From Sphyrna mokarran (lineage: Eukaryota): DNA of 64,000 nt. The position numbers and the translations under genes were made by a program. Below are positions 25,417 to 36,600 of the stretch, piece after piece. The stretch is taken from the NCBI GenBank assembly GCA_024679065.1, contig JAGIQG010000016.1:2046001-2110000 (forward strand). Direction: 5' to 3'. The notes below the pieces were generated by a model that saw only the letters and a list, made by a program, of their open reading frames with translations, made no database searches and was not told where the DNA came from. Within the stretch, counting starts at the first letter, position 1. Each line of letters starts with the position of its first letter.

Positions 25417-26552
25417 AGATTTATATTGCATGTAAATCCTTGTTGTCGGAAAAGGGATCTCGAGGCCCGGCGCACCCGGCTCTCTGCTGGTCCTGGATCT
25501 CCCCAACCCAAAAGACATCCTGCATAGGTAAAACTAAATTGTGTAAAACATTTTGAGAGACTGAGTCTGATCTGAAGGGTAGAGTTTTGCATGCAAAGCG
25601 CGCTGCGAATACTGTATTGTCTGTGAATGGGTAAAAAGCGAGACGCAAAAAGAACCGAACGCTAATTGATGCAACTAGGTTCAGTCGAGCGGTTTGGAGC
25701 GGGATTCCAGGTTACGACTTGCCCAAGGAGAGTAAGTGTAGGAAGGCCTGCCAGTCCGAACCTACCCAGGACCTCGGATAAAGGACGTCAACCGAGAGAA
25801 GGAGAGATCTGTGAGAGATTGATCTCCTACCTAATACAGTTGTACAGTTGTCAGGGTTACTAAAGCACAAATCAGTAGAGAAGGAGACAATTGGTTGGAC
25901 GTGTGACAAAGGGGCTGTAAGGAACCAGCCTGTGATGAATGGTTCAGAACAGCGGTGCAAGGATTGATGGTGAATGTGGCACTCAGGACGCACTCAGAAT
26001 AGTGACAAACAGCTTAGAATAACTGCAGTAACAGATTCTTCTGAGCAGTAGTGTTAGCACACATTACCTAAAAAAAGAGAACTAATGAAAGCAGTTGGAG
26101 GGGAAGTTAGGGAGTGGCATAAGGGTGAAAAAGACGCTCTGTTGAGAAAGATTACACATATAATTAATTTGGATGAAGTAAGAAACGAGTGGCCGTAAGT
26201 GAACTGGGAAGGAATAATAAGCAGAAATTGGATAAGTGAAACAATAGCAGAAATGTTAATAGAATTAATAAAGGAACCCAGATCGCGTAGGGCTTTAATA
26301 CACATAGACCAACAAGTAAAGGCATATTATTCTTTAGCAAGTGAAAGAAGAATATTGCCAGGGAGAGGGAAAACAGGGAAGTGGATATCGGAACCCCGGT
26401 TAGAAGTACAGGTGATAGTAAGAGAAGCGCAGTGGGAGAGTGAACAGGGGATTGGTCAAGAAAACACAGTGTATTGTGTAATAATAACTATAATACCAAA
26501 TTCAGACAAATTAAACAACAGAATTCATAACAATAGTTCAAGAGTACAGACA

Positions 26553-28648
26553 ATGATAAGCAAGGCTAAAACACCAGTAGAAATACTAGGGGATAAGTTT
26601 CCAGCCCTTAGAGGAGATATAGCATACATCTCCAAAAAAAATGGACTAAAAGAACAAACAAATCAAATACACGATGGCCAGAAGGGGGCACATGGTGTGT
26701 GGAGAGATGCGAGGAGCAGAAAGGATTTTTGAAGAATTATAAAATAAAAGATAAATCTAAAAAAAGACAAGAAAAGCGAGAAAAAGAACTGGAGATACTG
26801 ACATTGTTTGAAAAAGAAGGGAAAGAAAGGAGAAGGGTATGGGAGGGAGGTAGGATGCAAATGCCGGTGCAAGCTCAGGAAAAGGAGGGATTGAAAGACC
26901 CAAATGCAGCTCCACCTCCATATCCGGAGGAACAGAGATCCACTGGGTTATATCCAATCATAACAGGTACAATGAATTTTGAAGGAGAGTATGAGGTAAA
27001 ACAAATAACAAAAGAAGAATGGGTAGCACAAGATACAGAAAGGAGACAAAACATTGAGGAAGAAAGTAAAAAAGTAGAAGAGGATTTGGACAAAGTCATC
27101 CAGATGAGACAACGGTTGGAAGAGGAAGTGAAGATGGTAGATGTCCTAGAGTGGGCAAAGAAAGTAATGGAAAGGAAGGAAGATGAGGAGCAGGCAAGTG
27201 AAGGCGGATGTGATAAAAGGGAAAATAGAAGGAAACAGGAAAGCGAGAGAAGAGACAGAAATGTAGGCGTAAAGGACAACTGGAAGCAAAAAGGGGACTG
27301 GGACTGGAAACTTCCAGAAAAAGGGAGAAAGGAGGAAATAGAAAGAGAGACAGAGGGTAGTAGTGAAGAAGAAGGGGATTTATTGGCAGTGTTAGCGTCA
27401 CAGAGAAGGTCACTACGGGTAAGAAGACCACCAATAAAATACTCAAATGAAGAACAAAGAGAGGAAAATATATTCCCTGTGGTTCTGAAGGGTGGCAGAC
27501 TACAATATATCCCTTGGTCAGGTCAGGACTTGCCGAATTTGATTAGTGAATTACCCAATATTTTGGACAGAGCCGGAAGGTGGATTGGACAGCTGGAGGC
27601 TGGAATGGTGGGAAAAAGGATGGCGCTGGGTGATATCAAAGCCCTCCTGACAAAAGTGCTGGGAATGAATCAAATGGCTGAGGTGATGAGACTTGCAGGC
27701 ATCCCAACCGCAGCATATGACCCAGATGTGGATGGAACGCTAATGGACCCATACCGCCACGATATTTGGCAGGCATTACGGGACATGTACCCCAATCGGA
27801 TGGATATAAAAACCCTGAGAGGGGAGCCATTGGGTGAGGAAGAGAATGCGGCTGTATATGTGGAAAATCAATTGGGAAGGTGGAGAAGGAACACGGAGAG
27901 GGATACTCTAACAGACCCACTAACCAACTCCCTGTTCCGAGCTGCAATTCTAGAAGGCTTGCCAGTTTCAGCTAAGTCTAGATTGGAGGAAGTGGTAGGC
28001 CTGGAGTCAAAAAGCTATAGAGAATTCTTAGACCGTGTCATCCACGCGGTAGAAAGACACCACAAGGAGGAAAAGAATGCAGACAAGCAGCTGAAAGACG
28101 TACAGCGCAAACTTCTCCAAGCTCAGCTGGAGGAAATTAAAAACAAAGAAAAGCAGAAATTAAAAGAGGATTCCACACCCAAGAAAATGGCACCGATGGT
28201 GGCTGACCTAACGATCGGAGAGATACCCACACTACCACAAGGGAGAAGTGGAGGTGGAAGTCAGCCCATCATAACCTATAACATTTCTGGTTTCCCACTG
28301 TCCATGAATCCAGGAGGTTACAATCCAAATTACCAAAATAATTGGAAACCCCAGAACCAAAATAACTGGAATGAGAAAGGACAGGGGCAGGGAAGTGGTA
28401 GACTACCCTATCAGAACCAGAAGGGACAAAGTCAGGGAAATAATCAAGGTCAGAAACAGGGACCGCCACCTGGTCCTCCAGGTGTATGTTTCGGGTGTGG
28501 GGAAGCAGGACATATAAAAAGAAACTGTCCTCAGAACCTTCAGAGACAAGGAGGGAACCAGCAGTATGTAAACCAACAGATAATGCAAACACCGCTAAAC
28601 GACCCCCAGATGTCCCAAGGACCAGTGAATCATCAGGGTTTCCTATAG
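26553..28648 (+). CDS. gag: ERV Gag (frameshift in A8 run 26634-26641)
   Basis: MISKAKTPV... joins KWTKRT...WPEGGTW (matrix-like WPxxGT); PPPY late domain 26912-26923; single CCHC knuckle CFGCGEAGHIKRNC 28487-28528; ends in TAG. Confidence 0.9.
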
Positions 28649-31600
28649 GGAGGCCCAGAGAACCCCGAAATGGTAGGCCAATACATACAAATAACGGAAA
28701 CAGCAAACCAGGAACCCATAATTAGTGTTAGAGTAGGAGGGGTCGAGGTCCCCATGATGATTGATACCGGTGCTACTTGTACATGCATACAGGCAAAGTA
28801 TGCAGACCACCCACCATTGTCAGGTCAGTTTGTAAAAACTGTGGGGTTCTCGGGGAAAGCGACATTGACCCAAATAACGACGCCGATACCTGTCACCGTC
28901 AGAAACAAAACTACCCATGTACCCGTGTTAGTCTGTAGTAAAACGCCACTAAATTTGTTAAGAAGAGACGCAATCCTAGGTTTAGGATTGAAACTAGAAT
29001 GTACAAATCAGGGAATTAACTTAACAGGAATGTACCCACTTAGGATGCAAGGGGAAGAATGGGCTAATGTATATTGGTTAGGAGATATAGAAGAACAAGT
29101 TAAAGAACAAGTGTGGGAAACGTGGGGGAAGTTTGTAGAAGCACAAATTCCAAAAGCTGAATGGCCAAAGACAGAATTACATTGCACAATGATATTTGAT
29201 GAGAAACAAAAACCTGAAGTGCAGGAGAAATGGGAAAAAGAGGCAGGACAGGAACAGGAGGTAAAGTCAGGAAGTATTCTAATTGGACCAGAGGGAGCAG
29301 CCCTCACAATCATGAAAGATGCATGGGTTAGCAAATGGTTCTCCGTTCTTGGAGCAGAACCACACATTACATTAAAAGTAAATCCCGGATATAGACCAAA
29401 AGACCTGGGGCCAATGGTGCTTAGAGCAAGGGAACTAGAATTTGTTGAAACAGACAATGCGAATATTTGGATGTCCACTGACGGACAAATGATGAAAATA
29501 CTCTCAGACACTGAGATGGTTGGAAAACCCAAACAGGTGAGAATAGAGGTAAAGAATAAAGAACAGGAACAAGAGTGGAGGGAAAGACTGGAAAAAGATC
29601 TTAACTCTCTCTCGCAAGAACTGTGGTCGAAGCAGGACACTGATGTAGGTAGGGTCAAGATAGCCAACCCAGCAGAGATTAGGTTAAAACCAGGATGCCG
29701 AGGACCCTACAGGCCTCAGTATCCAGTTAACCCGGAAGCAATAAAAGGCATTAAAGAGACAATCAGAGGACTAGTAGAAGTAGGGGTATTAAAAGAAACC
29801 CACAGCAGATGTAACACACCATATTACCAGTCAAGAAAGCCGATGGAGAAAAATGGAGATTGGTACATGACTTAAGGGCAGTCAATGAGGTAGTAGAAGA
29901 CATGCCGGTAGAAGTACCGAACCCCTACACCTTGTTGACTAATATTCCACCTGAAAGCAGATGGTTTACTGTAGTAGATCTATGTTCAGCACTTTTTAGT
30001 GTGCCACTAGCTCAAGCAAGTCAGTACCTATTTGCATTTACATACGAAGGACAGCAATACACATACAATAGAATGCCCCAGGGATTTAAGCATTCACCAC
30101 ATATATTTAATCAGGTACTAAGGGCAGATCTGGAAGGAATACAATTAGAAGGAACATTGATACAATATGTTGATGATTTGCTGTTGTGTGCAGAAACAAA
30201 AGAACAATGCAGAGAGGATAGTCTAAAATTATTAAGGCGACTGGGTGAAGGAGGACACAAAGTGTCCAGGAAAAAACTGCAGTTGTGTCAAAGAAAGGTA
30301 GAATATCTTGGAAGGGAAATAACAACAGGACAAAAGAGGATAGCCTTTCAACAGATAGAGGCTGTATTGAAAGTCCTGAAGCCACAAACAGTAGGGCAGA
30401 TGATGACATTCTTGGGAATGACAGGATTTAGCTCAGAATGGATAGAGAGCTATGCAGAAAAGACGTGGGCACTAAGGAAAATCATGAAGGAAGCAGGATG
30501 TGAAGAACTAAAAACAAACCTAATATGGGATAGAGAAGCCCTGGAAACATTCGAAAACATAAAAAAAGGAAATGGCACAGGCACCAGCATTGACTCTTCC
30601 CATGTATAATAAACCCTTTGATCTCTTCGTGGGTAACAGGGAAGCAGGATTTGCAACAGCAGTGCTGATGCAGGAAAGTTGTAAAGGCAGGAAAAGGCAG
30701 GCCATAGCTTATTACAGCACCAAGCTAGACGATGTAGCTATGGGATACCCCCCGTGCTACCAAGGCCTGGCAGCAGCCTGGTGGGCATATGAAAAAGCAG
30801 CCGTGGTCACGATGGGATATCCAATAAACATACATGTATACCATAAGGTAGCTGAACTGATCGAACAGGGGAGATTTGTACTGACGCCTGCCAGAATCCA
30901 TCACTACCGGATGCTGACCACCTTTCCAGATATTACGATAGTGAGATGTAACAGGGTTAATCCAGCCGACTATATGCCATTACCTCATGAAGGAGAGGAG
31001 CATGAGTGTGTAAGAGAAGCAAAAACATTCATGAAACTAAGAAAAGACTTAAAAGCAGAAAAACTAGACACAGAAAGGAAAAGAGTACTATATGTTGATG
31101 GCTCGTGCTACAGGGATCATGTAGGAAACCATGCAGGTTATGCTATAATTGAACAGAAAGGGGAGACATTTGAAGTGTTAGAGGCAGAAAAGTGTGAGCA
31201 ACCCTGCTCAGCCCAACTAGCAGACCTCAAAGCATTAACTAGAGCATGCGAGTTGACAGAAGGGGAAATAGTGGAGGTATATACAGATTCAGCTTATGTG
31301 CATGGAGTGTGCTACCTATTTGGAGCAATATGGAGACAGAGGGGATTCATGAAAAGTGGAGGAGGACCAATACAGCACGAAAGTCAAATAAAAGCATTAA
31401 TATGAGCAATGATGGGTCCAAAAGAATTGGCCATAATCAAATGTCAGGTGCACAAAAAGGGAAAGGATAATGTTACCAAGGGAAATGCTAAAGCTGATAA
31501 AGTAGCCAAAGAAGTGTCAGGATGCATCATGACCACAATAGCCCCAGTCGAGGTGAGACCACACCCAGGACCAGGGATGGGGAGCATTGCTCCCCAACCC

Positions 31601-33014
31601 ACCCTAGAAGATGTGGTGCAGTTACAGGAGGAAGCCATGATAGCTGAAAAGACAATGTGGAAAGATAGAGGAGCAGTGCAGGGTCAACATGATAGAGTGT
31701 GGAGAAACGGGAAAGGGCTGATCGTAGCACCTACATCATTACTAACCTTACTAATCAGCGAAGCACACGGAGTCAATCACTGTGCAAGGGGGGAGGTGAC
31801 CAGAAAAATAAAGAAGGAAGGATTCTGGTCACCTTACCTGCAGAATTCAATTGATTATATGTTAAGTCAATGTGAGGTATGTGCCCAGAATAACATCAGG
31901 AAAGGTATAACTGCTCCTATAGGGCACATACCAATTCCTGAAGGGCCGTTTAAACACCTATGCATGGATTATGTAGACATGGGGAAATTGGTGAGAGGAA
32001 AGAGATATATGTTGGTGATAATTGACAAATTCAGCAAATGGATAGAAGCAACACCATCCAAAGACCAAGGGTCTGGAACGGTAATTAACTTCCTGTCAAA
32101 AGAGATCATTCCAAGATTTGGCATACCCACTCACTTGAGTTCAGACAATGGATCCGCATTTATCGGAAGGGTACTGAGAGAAACTCTCTCAGCACTACGA
32201 GTAAAGCAGAAGTTTGGTTGTGTGTACCATCCCCAGTCTCAAGGAATGGTAGAGAGGGCAAACGGGACCCTCAAGGCCAAAATAAGTAAAATTTGCAGTG
32301 AGACAGGGAAAAATTGGATTGATGCCCTGCCACTAGCACTAATGCAATGCAGAAGTCAAGAAAACAGAACCACGCATTTAAGTCCACATGAAATGATGAC
32401 AGGAAGAGTAATGCCGGTACCAAAAAATTAGGGGATCGGGAGGCCCTACACTAGAATGTTTAGATCAAAGCACAAAAGAATATATACAACAATTAACTGT
32501 TATACACAGAACTTTATTTGAACAGGAGAAGGCCAAGGAGGAGGAGAATCCGGTGGCAGAACACCAGATCAAACCTGGAGATCGCGTGTATATCAGAAAG
32601 TTCCGGAGGCGCTGGGACGAACCCGGGAGAGAAGGACCATTTGAAGTTATCAAAGTCTCTCCTACGGCTGTGCAAATAGAAGGCAGTACACTGTGGTATT
32701 TAAATCATTGTACCAAAACAGTATCAGAGATAGAGGTTGATGGGAGAGTTGTAAGTACCGAAAGCCCGGATAGGAGTAGTGATGAGGAGGCAGGAGAGCC
32801 AGGGGAGGGTCCTTCTAGCCAAACACAGGATCAGGATAGGAATGCAGAAGTTGAAGGTAGTAAGAACGATTTTATGTCTGAGTTGGTTGATGATCCAAAT
32901 GTCCAGCCTGATGCCCTTGGCCAAGGCTCAGGAGGTGATGGGGAAAGAGCAGAAACCTCTTTTCCCACCTGGGACTTGGGGACCATCTCCCTCCCAGACT
33001 TTCTTGACCCATAA
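28649..33014 (+). pseudogene. pol: ERV Pol: protease - 2H-like domain - RT - tether - RNase H - integrase (disrupted)
   Basis: DTG 28763; MPQG and YVDD 30166; RNase H YVDGS/YTDS; integrase HHCC, D-D-E and GPF; frameshifts near 29820, 30565 and 32425, TGA at 31403. Confidence 0.93.
29045..29560 (+). other. 2H phosphodiesterase (CNPase/LigT-like) domain within Pol
   Basis: ELHCTMIF (29180) and EPHITLKV (29363): two HxT motifs 61 aa apart, between protease and RT. Confidence 0.8.
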
Positions 33015-33566
33015 CAGGGAGAGACAGAATGCAGAAAACCCACAATTAAGGTTAAAAGAAAATAAGAAAGTATTGAGATTAAAAGTGCAAGAACCCTTAG
33101 GCAGAATACTAAGAGAACGAAATAACAAGATACTTGGAAGAGATATTAGCCCGCCAAGGCGGATGGGTCATAAGAGATCAATAGACGCAACCACAATCTG
33201 GGTTCGGTCATGAGATTTGGGACTGGCTAGACAGTACGCTAGGGAAAATGGGGAATATGGCTTGCTAGAGCAGGAATTATAGCAGTAGTTATACTACTCA
33301 TTGTGGGATTAATGACTTGCTGTTTTTTGCCTGTTCTGAGATCTCTCGTAACTAGACTGATGGTGCAACAAATGGTGGCACGAATGAGTTATGATCAACC
33401 TCTCGATACAGAAACAGAGGAGTGGGAAGATGTCGAGCTGCCCCCACTGAATGGACTCACAATAACTATGATCAAAAACGAGGTGCAGTGCCCTGCGAAA
33501 ATGACGCCACCAAGGAGTTGCCCTACCAAAGTGGTAACAACCTACCAGTGCCCTGTTAAGACCTGA
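32779..33566 (+). pseudogene. env: ERV env remnant with a large internal deletion
   Basis: Signal-peptide-like MQKLKVVRTILCLSWLMIQMSSLMPLAKA overlapping the pol end; joined near 33200 to IWDWL...GKWGIWLARAGIIAVVILLIVGLMTCCFLP (membrane anchor and tail). Confidence 0.75.
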
Positions 33567-33851
33567 GAACTTAGTCTGTACACAGTGATTGGTCTTTTTC
33601 CTTTCTCTAGTCAAAAGTGGAAAGGTTTTTGGCTGATGACTGTTAGTCATAGGTAATCTGGGGGAGCGACCTATAATCAGAACATTGATAGATAAGTTAT
33701 AATAAAGTTAGAATAGGGACATTGATCCCTGACCCAAATACCTGGCTCCTCCACATTTTCTACTAAAACTACAGGAGCACATATATATATATATAAATTG
33801 AGAATATAATCATGTAGGGTAGTATTTTTGGGTGAGACTCGAAGGAGTCTC

Positions 33852-33862
33852 AAAGGGGGGAA
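33852..33862 (+). promoter_or_regulatory. Polypurine tract
   Basis: AAAGGGGGGAA immediately before the 3' LTR. Confidence 0.9.
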
Positions 33863-34332
33863 TGTGAGAGAATATTGTAGTATAAGCAGTAAAATGTGAA
33901 ATGACTCGATGTGATTATAACTAAAAGAAAAGAATGAAGTAAATATGCTCTTTTTTATTATTTGACTTAAGTCAGCTAAACTAAGCCACAATTATTGTAG
34001 AAACAGAATGATTTGGTCAAGGACAAAGATTGTAACTACAATGGTTTCATAGAGTAAGAGATGCATCAATTAGTGACCAATCACAGAAAAGGTAGATAAA
34101 GGACGGGCTCAACAACAATGGTGGCTAAGAAAGCCAACCTTGAGGATGAGATAAGGGTATGCAGCTGTAGTGAGCATAAAAAGACTGTAAGCGCATCGTT
34201 CGTTGGAATGTTCCGGACATCCCGGCTTTGTTCTTTTGTGCTGGAGAATAAAGTCTACTGCTTGGAGGATTACAACTCAGACTCTCTGTTTCAATCGGGT
34301 TAAATAAGTTGTCGTCTTGGGGAACCACGACA
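33863..34332 (+). repeat. 3' LTR (470 bp)
   Basis: Differs from the 5' LTR by one indel and one substitution. Confidence 0.97.
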
Positions 34333-34336
34333 AAAT

Positions 34337-34575
34337 CTCAGTAACCTCCTCCAGCTCCACAGCCCTCCTTATTTCTGTAACCTCCTCCAGCCCCTGCACC
34401 TCTCCCTATCTTTGTAATCTCCTCCAAACCTTACAGTCCTTCCTATCTCTATAACCTCCTCCAGCCCCTATACCCTCTCTCTATCTCTCTAACCTCCTCC
34501 AGCCCCTACGCCATCTCTCTAACCTCCTCCAGCCCCTAACCCCCCTCCCTATCTCTGTAATCTTCTCCGCCCCCT
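34337..34575. repeat. ~35-bp C/T-rich minisatellite, right part
   Basis: Continuation of the 24470-24819 array. Confidence 0.9.
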
Positions 34576-34679
34576 ATCTTTACTATCTCTTTCTTTGTCT
34601 CAATGTGAAATTCTGTTTGTGAATTGCTACCGAGAAGAGTCTTTGTGTTTTTAACCATTTCAAAACTATTCTATGGCAG

Positions 34680-35330
34680 AACCCTGAGCAACATTAACAT
34701 ACAGCAGGATCCGGGCATGCAGGTCCACAGTTCCCTAAAATACGGGTGGCCAAGGTGATTAAGGCAGAATATGACGTGTTCATCAGCCAGAGCACTGTGT
34801 ATAGGAGTTGGGAAATCATATTGCAGCTGTATAAAACTTTGGTTAGGCTGCATTTGGAGCATTGCATGCAGTTCTGGTCACCACACTATTAGAGGGATGT
34901 TGCCTGGTCTTGAGGTGGATAAACTAGAATTGTTTTCATTGGAAAAACGGAGGCTGAGGGGAGATTTGATAAAGGTCTATAAAATTATAACAGCATTGAC
35001 AAGGTGGATAGTCAGAGGCTTTTCCCCAGAGTGGAAGTGTGAATTACAAGGGGACACGGGTTCAAGGTGAGAGGGAGAAAGTTTGAGATGAGTGAGGGAA
35101 GTTTTCCACACAGAGAATGATGGGTGCCTGGAACACACTGCCAGAAGAGATGGTGGAAGCAGGCATATTAGTAACATTTAAGAGGCATCTGGATGGCTTT
35201 GGAAATACGGAGGAAGTAGAGGGATACAGACTGAGTAAGGGGAGAAAGTTTTTTTTAGTTTACTTAGGGCATCAAGATCAGCACAGTCTTGGAGGGGCCA
35301 CAGGGCTTGGTCCTTACTTTGTTCTTTAGT
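34680..35330 (+). mobile_element. CR1 LINE 3' fragment
   Basis: LELFSLEKRRLRGDLIKVYKI; WNTLPEEMVEAG. Confidence 0.85.
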
Positions 35331-35424
35331 TGCTCATACTCGAATGGTCTGTCTTGTGAGGTGTCGTGAAGCACAAATAGATCAGGACAAGGAGGGAACA
35401 GTTCATAAAAACATTCACACCATC

Positions 35425-35430
35425 TTTATT
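35425..35430 (-). terminator. Polyadenylation signal of the PPP2R1A-like gene
   Basis: AATAAA on the minus strand about 480 nt after the stop codon. Confidence 0.6.
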
Positions 35431-35905
35431 CTAGAACAACCTGTAACTCCCCCTGTCAACCAACCCAACAGTAAACCTTTCAAACACAACGTTGCAACTG
35501 GAGAGATAAAGAAAGAGAGTGAGAGTGAGGGAAATCTAAAGGCAGAGGGAGGGAAAGGGAGGAAATGGCAGAATGAGCAAAGGGCAGAAGGAGGGAAGGG
35601 CAGAGGGAGGGAAGAGGATGGAAAGGGAGGGAATGGCAGAATGAGGAAAAGGCAGAAGGAGGGAAGACAAGGAACAAGTGGAATGAAGAATGGAAAAACA
35701 AAATGGGAGAAGGAGGCAGCGGTTCCAGTGAGATAAAAAACCCGTCACCATATCGCTGCCGACTCGCAGCTTCCTATCGAGGGGACAAGTCTCTGGGACT
35801 GTACACCTGCTTCTCGGATGAGTGCATCAGCGAGGAGAAGACATCATTGCTGCTGCGGGCTGTTTTGCTGCTGTGATTGGGACCCTCTGGCTCAGCCACT
35901 CCGTC

Positions 35906-35922
35906 CTAGTTCAGGCACAACA
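35906..35922 (-). CDS. PPP2R1A: PP2A scaffold A subunit, last coding exon (15)
   Basis: TTTCAG acceptor, 17 nt encoding (V)LCLN*; human end is VLSLA*. Confidence 0.8.
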
Positions 35923-36029
35923 CTGAAAGGAGGGAAGATTCAGGGAGGAGAGGTCAATTCAAGAACAGGACATCAGACATCAAACTGCAGAGCAAACCTG
36001 CTCGGCACAATGATGGGAAGGCAGAGAGA

Positions 36030-36280
36030 GTAAGAAGTCTCACAACACCAGGTTAAAGTCCAACAGGTTCATTTGGTAGCACAAGCCACCAGCTTTCGGA
36101 GCGCTGCCCTTCATCAGGCGAATGGGATTTCCGTTCACAAACAGGGCATATAAAGACACAAAACTCAATTTACCTGATGAAGGAGCAGCACTCCAAAAGC
36201 TAGTAGCTTGTGTGACCAAATAAACTTGTTGGATTTCTTACTGTGTTGACCCCAGTCCAATATCGGCATTTTCACATCAA
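36030..36280. mobile_element. Short palindromic Penelope-derived element with hammerhead cores
   Basis: Inverted arms 36030-36118 and 36173-36243; CTGATGA...GAAA on the minus arm. Confidence 0.75.
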
Positions 36281-36466
36281 GGCAGAGGGACCCACGGTAT
36301 GTAGCCCGTTGGGTACATGGTTATCTCCATGGCCCTCTCGGACATCCCCACATTTAACTTGATCAGTTTAGCACTGAATTCCCTTCTCCCTCTTCATTAC
36401 CCAGATTCCCTCATTAAGTGTCTTAGTGCTATTTACCGCATGTACCCACAATGGTCCCTCCTGTAA

Positions 36467-36600
36467 CATCCCAATGTTCCAGCCTTGTCCATTCACCCAG
36501 TGTACACAATACTATCCCAATGTTCCAGCTTTGTCCATTCACCCAGTGTACACAATACTATCCCAATGTTCCAGCCTTGTCCATTCACCCACTGTACACA
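36467..36600. repeat. 46-bp tandem repeat, 3 copies
   Basis: ATCCCAATGTTCCAGCCTTGTCCATTCACCCAGTGTACACAATACT. Confidence 0.9.

Larger units (their letters stand above)
24820..34332 (+). mobile_element. Endogenous retrovirus provirus (class I, gamma/epsilon-like fish lineage)
   Basis: Paired TGT...ACA LTRs, PBS, gag, in-frame pol after TAG, YVDD RT, tether plus RNase H, integrase with GPF, env remnant, PPT. Confidence 0.96.

Noticed and set aside
28636-28725. G_GGT_TTC slippery heptamer before the gag stop as the Pol expression route
   Set aside because: The -1 frame closes at 28725, whereas pol is in the gag frame, so readthrough explains Pol.
29008-29667. 219-aa antisense ORF over pol
   Set aside because: No motifs; expected shadow of A-rich, codon-biased sense coding.
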